Shown in pieces: positions 16,213-27,953 of a stretch of 64,000 bases of DNA. Under the pieces are notes generated by a model that saw only the letters and a list, made by a program, of their open reading frames with translations, was not told the origin of the DNA and ran no database searches. Positions within the stretch are counted from its first letter, which is position 1, and each line of letters begins with the position of its first letter. The DNA lies in assembly GCA_039178015.1 (NCBI GenBank), contig JBCDFM010000003.1, forward strand, positions 475 to 64,474. Reading direction: 5' to 3'. The stretch is from Pseudomonadota bacterium. GTDB taxonomy: Bacteria; Pseudomonadota; Gammaproteobacteria; Pseudomonadales; Halieaceae. A program made the translations under genes and the position numbers.

Positions 16213-18360
16213 ATGATCTATCAGAGTGACGCACTATCGGTGAGACGCCTGGATGGCGACATCGCAGAACTCAACTTCGACTCGCAGGGCGAATCGGTCA
16301 ACAAGTTTGACAGACAAACAGTGACCAGCCTGACCGAGGCGCTGGAGGCGCTGGAATCAGAATCCGGTATCAAGGGCTTGCTTGTCACCAGCGCCAAAGG
16401 GGTTTTTATAGTGGGTGCCGATATCACCGAGTTTACAAGCTTGTTCGGTGCCACCAAAGAAGACATCAAACCGTTTACTGGCGTGAATAACGCCAACTTC
16501 AATCGTATCCAGAACCTGCCCTATCCCAGCTGTGCTGCGATCAACGGTGCCGCCATGGGTGGCGGCTTGGAAATCTGCTTGGCCTGCGATTTCAGAGTGA
16601 TGAGCACGACCGCAAGCATTGGCCTTCCTGAGACCAAACTCGGCATACTGCCTGGCTGGGGTGGCACAGTGCGACTACCGCGCATGCTGGGAGTGGACGA
16701 AGCCGTTACCTGGATGGCCACGGGAGCAGACAAAAGAGCTGACGCTGCCCTAAAGGCAGGGGCTGTGGATGCCATTGCTGAGCCAGAACAACTGCGTGAT
16801 ATCGCGCTGGCCACGCTAGCCAGTGGCGTCGATGGCAAGTTGGACTATCAGCGCCGGCGAGATGCCAAGAGCAGCCCGCTACCGCTTAATGAAACAGAGG
16901 CCATGATGTCATTCTTTACCATCAAAGCGATGGTCGCCGGCCAGGCGGGGAAAAACTATCCAGCCCCGGTCAAGGTCGTCGACGTCATCGAGCAGGCGCG
17001 CAGCATGAGCTTGGAGGATGCGCTGGACGTTGAGGCCGATGCCTTTGCTGAGCTGGCCACCACCCCAGTTGCCGCCGCTTTGGTTGGTATCTTCCTCTCA
17101 GACCAGTTATTGAGTAAAAAAGCCCGTGGCTGGGAAAAACAGGCCAGCAAGAGAATCGAGCGAGCCGCCGTGCTGGGTGCCGGCATCATGGGCGGCGGAA
17201 TCGCCTATCAATCGTCCTTGAAAGGCATACCTATCAAGATGAAAGATATCGCTCAGGAGGGGCTGGATCTGGGGCTGAGTGAAGCCAACAAGCTGTTATC
17301 TAAGCGAGTCGCTCGCGGTCGGCTGACACCGGAAAAGATGGGTGGGATACTCAATAACATTGACCCTATGCTCAGCTATGAAAACTTTGATAGCGTCGAC
17401 ATCGTGGTCGAGGCCGTGGTGGAAAATCCAAAGGTAAAACACGCGGTACTGGCCGAAACTGAAAAACAGATCCGCGAAGACGCCATACTCGCTTCCAACA
17501 CGTCCACTATATCCATTAGCTACCTGGCCGAAGCGCTGGATAGACCGGAAAACTTTTGCGGAATGCACTTTTTCAATCCGGTGCACGCCATGCCGTTAGT
17601 GGAGGTAATCCGCGGTGAAAAGACGTCTGATAAAGCCATCGCGCAAACCGTAGCCTACGCCAACCGCATGGGAAAGAAAGCGGTGGTAGTCAACGATTGT
17701 CCTGGCTTTCTCGTGAACCGCGTCCTCTTCCCCTACTTCGATGGCTTCTCGAAACTAGTCCGAGACGGCGCAGATTTTCAGGTGGTGGATAAAGTGATGG
17801 AACGCTGGGGCTGGCCAATGGGGCCGGCATATCTTACCGATGTGGTGGGTATCGATACAGGCGTACATGCAGGACAGGTCATGGCTGAGGGCTTTCCGGA
17901 TCGCATGACCTTGGATTTCAAGACGCCTACGGAACTCATGTTCGAAAACGACCGCCTGGGGCAAAAGAACAACAAGGGCTTCTACGACTATGTACCGGAC
18001 AAACGCGGCAAGCCGAAAAAGACATCTTCAGAAGAGGCCTACAAAGTCATTGCTCCCAGTGCTGGAGACCGCGTGGAGTTCGAACGTGAAGATATCATTA
18101 TGCGCATGATGCTGCCTATGTGTACCGAGCTGGCTCGCTGTTTGGAGGAAGGGATCGTGGGATCGGCGGCAGAAGCTGACCTTGCGCTCGTGTATGGCGT
18201 TGGTTTCCCACCCTTTCGCGGTGGTATTTTCCGCTGGATGGACACGGTAGGCATGGCCTACATCGCTGATGCTTCCAAGAAATTTCAAGATTTGGGTAAA
18301 ACCTATGAGCTGACCGACGGCATGCAGGCAAAGCTCGACGCGGGCGAGACTTATTATTAA
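16213..18360 (+). CDS. fadB: Fatty acid oxidation complex alpha subunit (enoyl-CoA hydratase / 3-hydroxyacyl-CoA dehydrogenase)
   Basis: 715 aa with an N-terminal crotonase fold (AAINGAAMGGGLEICLACDFRV) and an NAD-binding GAGIMGGGIA dehydrogenase domain. fadA follows. Confidence 0.95.
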   Translation: MIYQSDALSVRRLDGDIAELNFDSQGESVNKFDRQTVTSLTEALEALESESGIKGLLVTSAKGVFIVGADITEFTSLFGATKEDIKPFTGVNNANFNRIQNLPYPSCAAINGAAMGGGLEICLACDFRVMSTTASIGLPETKLGILPGWGGTVRLPRMLGVDEAVTWMATGADKRADAALKAGAVDAIAEPEQLRDIALATLASGVDGKLDYQRRRDAKSSPLPLNETEAMMSFFTIKAMVAGQAGKNYPAPVKVVDVIEQARSMSLEDALDVEADAFAELATTPVAAALVGIFLSDQLLSKKARGWEKQASKRIERAAVLGAGIMGGGIAYQSSLKGIPIKMKDIAQEGLDLGLSEANKLLSKRVARGRLTPEKMGGILNNIDPMLSYENFDSVDIVVEAVVENPKVKHAVLAETEKQIREDAILASNTSTISISYLAEALDRPENFCGMHFFNPVHAMPLVEVIRGEKTSDKAIAQTVAYANRMGKKAVVVNDCPGFLVNRVLFPYFDGFSKLVRDGADFQVVDKVMERWGWPMGPAYLTDVVGIDTGVHAGQVMAEGFPDRMTLDFKTPTELMFENDRLGQKNNKGFYDYVPDKRGKPKKTSSEEAYKVIAPSAGDRVEFEREDIIMRMMLPMCTELARCLEEGIVGSAAEADLALVYGVGFPPFRGGIFRWMDTVGMAYIADASKKFQDLGKTYELTDGMQAKLDAGETYY

Positions 18361-19575
<1,215 letters not shown>

Positions 19576-19605
19576 GCTTTGGGCCACGACACCTGGTGTT
19601 GAGTT

Positions 19606-19625
19606 GGCGAGCTGCGAGGCTCGCC
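19606..19625 (+). terminator. Hairpin after fadA (weak terminator candidate)
   Basis: Stem GGCGAGC / GCTCGCC with a 6-nt loop, 31 nt after the fadA stop. There is no clear T-tract. Confidence 0.3.
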
Positions 19626-19829
19626 ACATTAAAACTCTGGGTCGCACCTTACTGACCTCACGGAAAAGCGGCAATATGGGCAACCAAACGAACTCTAACC
19701 CATGCGGCCTCAGTGATTATTAACCTTGTTAACCACCTATTCTCAAGCGATTTCTGGCAGCAATCCATGGTGTCTTAGCAACGCTTAAGTGTCGCGAAAC
19801 TGCTGCTGGTCAGATCACTCATTCTGAAC

Positions 19830-20159
19830 TCAATTATCGCCGCCTGAAGATGAGAGCAGACGGTCGATACGCTTTAAGATTGACTCCAACTCGGCACTGG
19901 GTAAACCAGATTCTCTGAAATATTCCTCGGCCATTGGCGCAATACCACAGCGCTGAGGTAGGGGTTCGCCGGCTTCTAGCAGTTCGTATACCCGCGGCAA
20001 GAAAACAAACTGCAGCCACTGAGGAAGCGTCAAGGTATCAAAACAAAAGGGCTGGTCAGATGCCAGCGCTGAAACCGGTGGCGGCTTCTCATCCCACAAG
20101 TCCATGATGCGAAGCTGCGCCTCCACATCGATCAGCAGTTCGGCTAAGGCAGTCGTCAT
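19830..20159 (-). CDS. yqcC: YqcC-family (DUF446) protein
   Basis: 109 aa. FCFDTLTLPQWLQFVFLPRV is characteristic of the YqcC family. Confidence 0.8.
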   Translation of the reverse strand: MTTALAELLIDVEAQLRIMDLWDEKPPPVSALASDQPFCFDTLTLPQWLQFVFLPRVYELLEAGEPLPQRCGIAPMAEEYFRESGLPSAELESILKRIDRLLSSSGGDN

Positions 20160-20194
20160 TTCGTCTCCCGTTCTGTAAGAATGTCAAGACCTGC

Positions 20195-22324
20195 CTATAA
20201 AGGCTGCGCAAGCTCTCTACGAAATGGTGGCAATGACTCAAGAATCGCCCGCCCATAGCGACGGGTTATCAGGCGTCTGTCCATTACAGTTACCCTGCCT
20301 TCGTCCTGCTCGGTGCGTAGCAGGCGACCGCTCGCCTGGACCAGACGCAAAGCCGCGTCTGGGACACTGATTTCCATAAAGGCATTGCGCCCCTGTGCCT
20401 CTATCCATTCGGCCAAGGCGGCCTCCAAAGGACTGTCGGGAACGGCAAACGGGATTTTGGCTATAACCACGTGACGGCAATATGCCCCCGGCAAGTCGAC
20501 ACCTTCTGCAAAGCTAGCTAAACCAAAAATAATCGACTTTGCGCCTGAGTCAATTACCTCTCTATGGCGTCTCAATATCTCCTGCTTACTGTAATCTCCT
20601 TGCATCAGAATACTCTCACGGGTGCTCGCTTCGATTTCTTGAAACACCGCGAGCATTTGCCGGCGAGATGAAAATAGCACAAGTGCACCCCGCTCCGATG
20701 CCAATATTCGCGGCAGACTGTCGACCAGTGCACGGGTATGTAATTCAGTATCGCCGGGGTCACAATCCATCTCGGGCACACTAAATACAGCTTTCGAATA
20801 GTCAAAAGGGCTGGCGACAATCTTCAGCCTACTCTGTGCGGGCGCACCTGAATGCAACAGGAATCGGTCAAATGAATTGAGGGCTGTCATGGTCGCAGAG
20901 GTCACAACCACCCCCGCTGCCCGTGACCATAGACAATCATCCAGTATATCGGCGGCCAAAATAGGGCTGCAGCGCAAATCAAAGCCAAATTGGCCATTGC
21001 TATTTAGGAGAGTGATCCAGCGAGCTTTCGGCGGATCGTCGTCCTTGCCGGTTACCGCGTACTCGCGCCAAAGCGCGCCTGCACCATCCGCTCGCGCAAG
21101 CAGCCCACCGACGTTGCTATGCCAGGTGTCGATCGCAGCGCGGTCAAGCGCTGCATGCGAATCCTCCAATGAGTCCTCAAGTACACTCTCCATGCGCTCA
21201 AGCTCTCTGACCAACTGCTGAAAGTGGTTTGCCAGGGTGGCAGATACGGGTATCAGCTGCTCAGGCACAACACCGTGCTCAAAACGCAACTGCTGATCAT
21301 CTCGTTGCTCATCCTGAGCAACTCCCTCAAACAACGCTGCGACTATCTGTTCTGCGTTCTGCAGCGCTGCGGCGGTCTCCTCTAGCTGCGCCGGCAGGGC
21401 TTGCAGGGGACGCTGTAGCTCGGGCAAAGCACCTAATTCTGGGGTTGCCTGAACGACTAGCTTGCGTGTTTCTTGCAGCCACTGCACAGTCGTATGAATC
21501 CGGCAAAAATTCGAGAAGTGTGTCAGCGCTTTATCGGGAAGATGATGCCCCTCGTCAAAGACATAGATGCTGTCTTCGGGTTCAGAAAGAATAGCCCCGC
21601 CACCTAAGGCGAGGTCTGATAAGACAAGGTCGTGATTTGCAACAATAACGTCTGCGCTTTGCAGCGCATCTCTTGCCTTAAAGAAACTACACTGGCCAAC
21701 GTTTGGGCAACGTCGTCCGCTGCACTGGCTGTGGTCGGTCGTAACACCGAACCAGGTGTTATCAGCGACCGCTTCCGGCCAGTTATCGCGATCCCCGTCC
21801 CATTGTCCTTTTCCCAGGGCATCAATCATCCCAGTGTAGACAGGCAGGGCGTCCCCATTTGTCGGCGGCTCCAGATCCTCAGGGTAGAGGGGAAGCGCAT
21901 CGCCGGTGTTTTGGTTGAACACCCGATCAAGCTTCGTTAAACACACATAGCGGCGGCGACCCTTGGCGAGAGCAAACGTAAACTCGAGGCCGCTGTGGCG
22001 CCGGATATCCGGTAGATCCTTGTGAACAAACTGCTCCTGCAGCGCGATGGTCGCCGTTGCCACCACCAGGCGTTTATTAAGGGCTTTTGCGATCGGAATG
22101 GCCGCCACCGCGTATGCGATAGTTTTCCCCGTACCAGTTCCCGCTTCAATCACGCATACGGCGGGAGCATCGCCGCCAGCTTCCCCCGTGTCTGGCACTC
22201 GCGCCAGGGTATTGGCGATCTCCGCTATCATCTGGCGCTGACCCCAACGCGGGGTCAACGATTTTCCCTCCATTACCGCGGCATAGGCGTCACGGATGCT
22301 GTCCTTAAGTTCCTCGTTTAACAA
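20195..22324 (-). CDS. dinG: ATP-dependent DNA helicase, DinG/XPD family (Fe-S)
   Basis: 709 aa with Walker A (EAGTGTGKT), DEGHH (DEAH-like box) and the Cys cluster CSGRRCPNVGQC typical of Fe-S DinG. Confidence 0.85.
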   Translation of the reverse strand: MLNEELKDSIRDAYAAVMEGKSLTPRWGQRQMIAEIANTLARVPDTGEAGGDAPAVCVIEAGTGTGKTIAYAVAAIPIAKALNKRLVVATATIALQEQFVHKDLPDIRRHSGLEFTFALAKGRRRYVCLTKLDRVFNQNTGDALPLYPEDLEPPTNGDALPVYTGMIDALGKGQWDGDRDNWPEAVADNTWFGVTTDHSQCSGRRCPNVGQCSFFKARDALQSADVIVANHDLVLSDLALGGGAILSEPEDSIYVFDEGHHLPDKALTHFSNFCRIHTTVQWLQETRKLVVQATPELGALPELQRPLQALPAQLEETAAALQNAEQIVAALFEGVAQDEQRDDQQLRFEHGVVPEQLIPVSATLANHFQQLVRELERMESVLEDSLEDSHAALDRAAIDTWHSNVGGLLARADGAGALWREYAVTGKDDDPPKARWITLLNSNGQFGFDLRCSPILAADILDDCLWSRAAGVVVTSATMTALNSFDRFLLHSGAPAQSRLKIVASPFDYSKAVFSVPEMDCDPGDTELHTRALVDSLPRILASERGALVLFSSRRQMLAVFQEIEASTRESILMQGDYSKQEILRRHREVIDSGAKSIIFGLASFAEGVDLPGAYCRHVVIAKIPFAVPDSPLEAALAEWIEAQGRNAFMEISVPDAALRLVQASGRLLRTEQDEGRVTVMDRRLITRRYGRAILESLPPFRRELAQPL

Positions 22325-23586
22325 CTGCTGATCGACGAATTGTTCATTTCAAGCTTACTCACAATCGCATTGGCATAGATCGCCAATGCAAACGGTCTAT
22401 GCTCTTCAGATATCGCCTGCATACGCTGTTCAAAGTGCTCACGACTGCAATCCCCGGGCTCAACGTTCAACGTCTCCGGTAGCGGCAGCCTATCCGGATT
22501 GAGCATTTCATAGGCGTAAATATTAGTGGGATGCAGACAGTAATTGGAGATCACCTGACGATCAATTTCAGAAGCTATGTCTTCGGCCGTTTGAAAATCT
22601 GCGCCTAGCGGCGTACCGAAGGAAACATGTACCCGGCCCTTATCGCCTGCGATACCCAATCCAATGGAAGCGACATCTTCCTGTTCGCCTTTTTGGTAGT
22701 TGCCGGTCAGCTCCAGCTGGTACAACTCATTCGCCTTGCGTGCATCACAAGGGTCCAGTTCATAGGAGATGGCTACAGGTACAATGTTCAAAGACTGCAT
22801 GTGTGCACCAAAATCCTCTTCGCTCTTTTCCCGACTCATCGACAACATCTTAATGATGACGGGCTCAGAGCGATCAAATCCATCCTTGGCACGGCCTTCT
22901 CTCTGTGCGATCCAGACGGGTGCTTGCTCCTGCTGCAATGAGTAGCGAATATAGCTAGACAGCGTCTTAGATGCTCTGAGCAGTTCCCGCGGCCCGCTGA
23001 CCGAACGTTTGACGATAAAGCTCTTATTCAAACGCATCAGGTCGGATACCCAGGGTTTTGTCAGCAAGTTGTCGCCAATTGCAATTCGTACGGTATCAAA
23101 TCCCGAGTGATGCAAGGCGTAGTTCACAAACGCGGGGTCCATCGCTATATCGCGATGGTTGCTGACAAACAAATAAGCAGTATCCACATTCAACGCATCC
23201 AATCCAGACACCGTGAAACCGCCCGTAGTGCGCTCGATCATTTGGTCCATATAATGCTTGATAACACCTTGCATAGAGCCAACATCGGACACACCCAAAA
23301 CTTCTTTATTGAGCCGGTAGCGCACCAAAGGACGCATTAAAGCCGGTGCTAGACGGCCTAGTGTGGGGAAGCGAAATCGCGTTATTGTGTCTAAAAACTC
23401 ACCATCGTCGAGCAATCGCGTCAATACCCCCGCGACTTCGCTGTCGCGATAGGGCCGTATGTCCGCAAACGGATCTTCCAAGCGAATCTCCTCGATAGCT
23501 TCGCGGCTCACGATACCCAAAATCGATCCGCCCGTCATCCGCCTGCCCCGGGCAACAAAATAAAGCCACAACGCTGACGTGGTCAT
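22318..23586 (-). CDS. LPLAT/PlsC-superfamily acyltransferase
   Basis: 422 aa with VSNHRDIAMDP (an H(x)4-5D-like block) and WIAQREGRAKDG (EGxR block). It overlaps the dinG start by 7 nt. The real start may be the internal MTGGS. Confidence 0.7.
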   Translation of the reverse strand: MTTSALWLYFVARGRRMTGGSILGIVSREAIEEIRLEDPFADIRPYRDSEVAGVLTRLLDDGEFLDTITRFRFPTLGRLAPALMRPLVRYRLNKEVLGVSDVGSMQGVIKHYMDQMIERTTGGFTVSGLDALNVDTAYLFVSNHRDIAMDPAFVNYALHHSGFDTVRIAIGDNLLTKPWVSDLMRLNKSFIVKRSVSGPRELLRASKTLSSYIRYSLQQEQAPVWIAQREGRAKDGFDRSEPVIIKMLSMSREKSEEDFGAHMQSLNIVPVAISYELDPCDARKANELYQLELTGNYQKGEQEDVASIGLGIAGDKGRVHVSFGTPLGADFQTAEDIASEIDRQVISNYCLHPTNIYAYEMLNPDRLPLPETLNVEPGDCSREHFEQRMQAISEEHRPFALAIYANAIVSKLEMNNSSISSC

Positions 23587-23657
23587 GTCTTTCTGCTACC
23601 CTTCTGCCGCTCCCACCAAGCTCTGCTTGAAACTATATACGAGGAATCAGAAAAGAG

Positions 23658-23879
23658 ATGGACGCGACATCCGCCGCAATGTTGACCTTTGGGGTAGCCG
23701 CTCTATTGATCAGCTGGGTTCTGCTTTTAATTGAGTCCTTCAGAGAAGACTTTACCTGGGGCTTGTGTACTTTGATATTACCACCGCTCTCATATCTCTA
23801 TGGCTTCTCCCGCTGGAGCACAGCCGGCAACGCCATCTTACTGGCTATAGGCGGTTGTCTACTGCTGTTATTGGCCTAG
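23658..23879 (+). CDS. Small hypothetical membrane protein
   Basis: 73 aa with 2-3 hydrophobic helices and a GAGGAA RBS-like element upstream. Confidence 0.4.
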   Translation: MDATSAAMLTFGVAALLISWVLLLIESFREDFTWGLCTLILPPLSYLYGFSRWSTAGNAILLAIGGCLLLLLA

Positions 23880-23935
23880 ATTCAAGCTGACTGCATTAGG
23901 ATCGACCGAATCACCTAGGCTGTTTAGAGGTCTAT

Positions 23936-24934
23936 TCAGTCAAGGTAACGCGCTCGCAACTCGAGGCATTCGGCCTTACCTACCCCCAAAGCTTCCTCAA
24001 GATAAATAGCTACTGACCCAAAATTGTGTTCAATATGCGTAATCGCCACTGCTAGGTAATCTTCGTGCACCTGCAGCATTGGTAGGATTGCCTCAGCGAC
24101 CATGTCCTCAAGCTGGTACTTTATTCGCACGCGCTCTAGCTCTCGCTCAGGCAAGAAATAACGCGAGCTTAGTAAATAGTCTTCCATAACCAACTCTTTA
24201 GGAACACCGAGCGCGAGCAGGATAATCGCTGCAGCAAAGCCCGTGCGATCCTTACCCGCCGCACAGTGAATAAGAAAACGCGCGTTCGGTGTCGCCAGTA
24301 TTTCGTTGAACATGTGGCGATAGGTCGCAGACTGAGGACCGGCAAAATCCCGATTGATCTCAAGCATAAATTCGAACATGGCATCTGGCTGATCCGTCTG
24401 TTGATCAGCCTCTTCAAAAAATCGAGCGTGACTGCCGGGTATGATCGGCAGGCTCACGACCTTCGGTCCGGGTTGCCGCGGCAGCCTACTCAGGTCGTTC
24501 GACTGTTCTTCCTCCCGGCGAAAATCGAACACCAGATCCAACTCCAATGATGCAACCAGCTCCAGATCTTTCTCGCTAAGGGCGGATAGCTGTCCCGAAC
24601 GAAATAAATAGCCCCATTTCACGCGCTGGCCATCACTTGTACGGTAACCCCCAAAGTCGCGAAAATTGGGCGCGCCATCGAGACCTAACCTGCGCTCCGG
24701 TGCCGTAAACTCGTTTCCATGCTGATCACGCAGGCGAAAATAGTGTCGCCGCGCAGGTGGCAGGCCAACTAAACGGGCACGGGGGTTAGCCTGGGGCGAA
24801 AAATGCATGTGTAGCTCACCGCCTGCATCCAGAGGTTCCACCGTCACCTCCGTACCTGGCTCACTCACCTGCCACTCAATATGATAATCGCCATGCGGAT
24901 CGCGCCAGATGTGGACTGCGTCGGAAATCAACAT
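23936..24934 (-). CDS. Protein-tyrosine phosphatase family protein
   Basis: 332 aa with the CX5R P-loop HCAAGKDRTG. Confidence 0.85.
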   Translation of the reverse strand: MLISDAVHIWRDPHGDYHIEWQVSEPGTEVTVEPLDAGGELHMHFSPQANPRARLVGLPPARRHYFRLRDQHGNEFTAPERRLGLDGAPNFRDFGGYRTSDGQRVKWGYLFRSGQLSALSEKDLELVASLELDLVFDFRREEEQSNDLSRLPRQPGPKVVSLPIIPGSHARFFEEADQQTDQPDAMFEFMLEINRDFAGPQSATYRHMFNEILATPNARFLIHCAAGKDRTGFAAAIILLALGVPKELVMEDYLLSSRYFLPERELERVRIKYQLEDMVAEAILPMLQVHEDYLAVAITHIEHNFGSVAIYLEEALGVGKAECLELRARYLD

Positions 24935-25319
24935 ACTTTCACCGTAGCTATAAAATAATCTTTACTTTTGAAGCTGCACCTCATGTCGCAGCTCATGTGA
25001 GATCAAAACAGTGGCCAATGCCGACTCGTTTCATCACCTTTTACAGGGACATGATAAAGCTATCGAGCTTGGCAATCTGGCGCGCTGCTATATCCTAGAC
25101 TCATTCTTTCTGGATCACACCCAGCCGAAAACTGGCGGCGGGAGAATCCTATGCGGCAGCTAATTATAGACTGTAAAAACGGTCATCCGTTGCCTGTCGG
25201 AGTTGGCTGCTCCTCACGCGTTTGTTTGCCCTGGAGTGCGCATCTGGCTTGGTTGACAAGGTACGGTTGAATGTGAATAATCTCGCCTCCTTAAATTTCG
25301 ACCCCTCGAGGCAACAAGC

Positions 25320-25586
25320 GTGGCAAACTCACCACAAGCTAAAAAGCGCGCAAGACAATCTGAGAAACGGCGTAATCACAACGCCAGCCTCCGTTCCGTT
25401 GTGCGCACAATGATCAAGCGCGTCACGGCTGCTATTGAGAGCGGCGATGCGGCGGCGGCAAAAGAGGCTTACAGCAACGCGGTTCCCGTCATTGACCGCA
25501 TGGCCGATAAAGGCATTATTCACAAAAATAAAGCAGCACGACACAAAAGCCGCTTAAACAGTCAGGTGAAGGCGCTGGCTGCGTGA
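25320..25586 (+). CDS. rpsT: 30S ribosomal protein S20
   Basis: 88 aa. [26 protein letters not shown] is the S20 N-terminal signature. Non-ATG (GTG) start. Confidence 0.95.
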   Translation: MANSPQAKKRARQSEKRRNHNASLRSVVRTMIKRVTAAIESGDAAAAKEAYSNAVPVIDRMADKGIIHKNKAARHKSRLNSQVKALAA

Positions 25587-25601
25587 GCCCATAACAAGTT
25601 G

Positions 25602-25632
25602 AAAAATGCCGGCTTTCAGCCGGCTTTTTTTT
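25602..25632. terminator. Bidirectional rho-independent terminator between rpsT and the convergent diiron-protein gene
   Basis: AAAAA-tGCCGGCT-ttc-AGCCGGC-TTTTTTTT. The 7-bp GC-rich stem is flanked by an A-run and a T-run. Confidence 0.85.
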
Positions 25633-25656
25633 GCCAAGTAGCGGTGCTTGAGTCAA

Positions 25657-26856
25657 TCAGGCCGCGTTACTGGTCTTTTCAGCCTCATGCTTTTCATGCT
25701 CTTCGGCAAAGGCCGCTAGCATGCTCTGTTCATGTGACTGTGCTTCCTCTGTATCCAGCGGCCTCTCGAGCGCCGACCAATCGATATCTCCATCCGTCGC
25801 GAGGTTTTCGTAGTCAAGAATACCAAGTTCTTCAAATTTCGGACGGATTTTATCTGTGAGCAAGCCGATTCGCTTGAGGTTGGGCACGACACGCTGGAAC
25901 AACAGATTTCGGAACGTTGACATCACAAAGCCGTCCAGTACCTGCTGGCGCGCCTCCTCTACATCCCATCCGAAGTGCCTAAACACATCAGTTGCGACCA
26001 GGCGCTCCCTACTTACGACACAGGCCTCGTAGGCGAACTGTGCGCGCTCTTCACGCTCCTCGTCCGACAGCGTTTTCACAAATTCTTCAAGGTAGTTCAC
26101 GCCGAAAGTGACATGCCTGGCTTCGTCCCGAGTGACGAGATACACAACGTCTTTCAGTACGGGATCGGGGGTGGTCTCCCGAGTCGTGTTGAAAGCGGAC
26201 AGGGCCAACCCTTCAATCACGATTTGCATGCCGATAAATTTCATATCCCAGCGCTCATCAGTCAGGATTTTATCGATGATACTCTTCAGATAGGTGTTAA
26301 TCGGATACATCATCCCCACCCGCTTCTGGAGGTACTTATTGAAAACCTCAACATGTCGCGCCTCGTCAAAGGTTTGAGAGGCAGCATAAAGCTTGGCGTT
26401 GAAGGTGGGCGCACAGGAACACAGCTGAGAGGCGACCAATAAGGCGCCTTGTTCGCCGTGCAGGAATTGAGAGAGACTCCAGGCGTTCATGTGAAGCCAG
26501 AACTCGTCTTTGGTCTTCTCATCCATATCGAGATAGGGCCCATACTCATGCAGATTCATCATCTCAGGCATGACCTTCTCGTCGGGCCACGGTCGGTCCC
26601 AATTGATATCCATCTCAGGATCCCAGTTCAACTGTTTACCTAGGTCATACAACTTCTTAATGCGATCGTCCTGGACCTGATAGTCCCAATTGTATGATCC
26701 AGTCAGAGGGGTTTGAAAAATCTCGGCTACATGATCAACCTGTTCACTGGTTAACACGTCTTCGAGGTCAGGGTTTTCCCTCGGATAGTCTGCACCAGCA
26801 AAAGACTGGATCTTCCTCGGCGCATCGCCTTCCCACTGTATCTTCATTCTTATCAC
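25657..26856 (-). CDS. Ferritin-like diiron-carboxylate protein (AurF / desaturase / R2-like superfamily), function unknown
   Basis: 399 aa with two E...DEARH motifs (FDEARHVEVF and RDEARHVTFG) separated by ~90 aa, preceded by HGEQGA and IEGLA helices. Confidence 0.7.
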   Translation of the reverse strand: MIRMKIQWEGDAPRKIQSFAGADYPRENPDLEDVLTSEQVDHVAEIFQTPLTGSYNWDYQVQDDRIKKLYDLGKQLNWDPEMDINWDRPWPDEKVMPEMMNLHEYGPYLDMDEKTKDEFWLHMNAWSLSQFLHGEQGALLVASQLCSCAPTFNAKLYAASQTFDEARHVEVFNKYLQKRVGMMYPINTYLKSIIDKILTDERWDMKFIGMQIVIEGLALSAFNTTRETTPDPVLKDVVYLVTRDEARHVTFGVNYLEEFVKTLSDEEREERAQFAYEACVVSRERLVATDVFRHFGWDVEEARQQVLDGFVMSTFRNLLFQRVVPNLKRIGLLTDKIRPKFEELGILDYENLATDGDIDWSALERPLDTEEAQSHEQSMLAAFAEEHEKHEAEKTSNAA

Positions 26857-26954
26857 TCCGTTCTCTTACTTTATATGCAGACTATGGGAGATACAGTCAT
26901 CGGCAACAAGGTAAAGTGTTGTCAATTTCAGGTCATTTATGGCCAAATAGACCG

Positions 26955-27953
26955 ATGCCCAAAGCCACAACACCTGCGCGCTATGTATTGATTCTCATCG
27001 ATATGCTGGAAAGCCAGGGCTGCAGTCGCGACGCGTTGCTTGCGGGCACAAGTCTGGCGGACTCCGGTCTTGCCAACATAGGTGCTCGAGTGAGAGACAG
27101 GGATTTTGCAGCGCTCACGGACAATGCTTTAAAACTGACTGGCGACCCTGCTCTCGGGCTCGAACTGGGCCTGCACCTCAACCTTAGCGCCCACGCAGTG
27201 CTGGGGCAGGCATTCATGACCTGCAGAGATCTGGGTCAGGTAATCGATCTATTTCTCAAGTACTACCATCTGCTTGCGCCCGCCATGCACCTGGAATACG
27301 AGGTGGTAGAAGGCGCCTGCGTGCTAACAATCGTCAGCAGCGTGTCCGATTTACCCATGGAGTTTACGTTTGAATTACTTGGTGCTGGCATGTTGAATAC
27401 CTTGCGAGGCCTTTTAAACACACAGGACTTAACGCTTAGACTCGAAGCACCCTATCCCGCGCCAGCTCATGTCGACCGATACCACGAGGTATTCGGGCCG
27501 AATGTACGATTTAATTGTGTCGCAGCTCGCATCTCTTTCGACGAGGCCTTGTTGCACACCTCGCTACCACTATCGAACAACGCTCTGCGTCAACTGTATG
27601 AAGATGAATGTGCTCGTCTACTTGCGGATATGCAGGAAGAGACTTCGATAGCAGAGCAAACTCTACAACTCATGCGCAAGCTAGAAGGCCAGTATCCACA
27701 AATGCCTCAGATGGCAGCCATGCTGAACTTGAGCCCGCGAACCTTCCGTAGGAGGCTCGAAGAGGAGCAACACTCCTACCAACACCTTCTGGATCAGGTT
27801 CGAGCGGAACACGCCACACGGTACCTGCAAAATACACGATTGCCCATCTCCAATATCGCCTATCTGATCGGCTTTAACGATGCGTCCAATTTCCGCCGCG
27901 CCTATCAGCGTTGGACCGGAAAATCCCCAGCCGACGTACGCAATGAAGCGTAG
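26955..27953 (+). CDS. AraC-family transcriptional regulator
   Basis: C-terminal double HTH (ISNIAYLIGFNDASNFRRAYQRWTGKSPADVR). The start is moved from 26694 to ATG 26955 (MPKATTPARYVL...) because the track ORF overlaps the divergent gene. Confidence 0.85.
   Translation: MPKATTPARYVLILIDMLESQGCSRDALLAGTSLADSGLANIGARVRDRDFAALTDNALKLTGDPALGLELGLHLNLSAHAVLGQAFMTCRDLGQVIDLFLKYYHLLAPAMHLEYEVVEGACVLTIVSSVSDLPMEFTFELLGAGMLNTLRGLLNTQDLTLRLEAPYPAPAHVDRYHEVFGPNVRFNCVAARISFDEALLHTSLPLSNNALRQLYEDECARLLADMQEETSIAEQTLQLMRKLEGQYPQMPQMAAMLNLSPRTFRRRLEEEQHSYQHLLDQVRAEHATRYLQNTRLPISNIAYLIGFNDASNFRRAYQRWTGKSPADVRNEA

Noticed and set aside
26694-26954. N-terminal extensions of track ORFs (26694 AraC, 27880 patatin, 35692 phasin, 37089 Prx5, 47459 dsbB, 49468 FKBP, 54230 trxA, 11101 pucC)
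   Set aside because: The extensions overlap divergent genes or terminators, lack RBSs and have non-protein-like composition. Internal starts give family-typical N-termini, so the extensions are treated as artefacts and not as novel domains.
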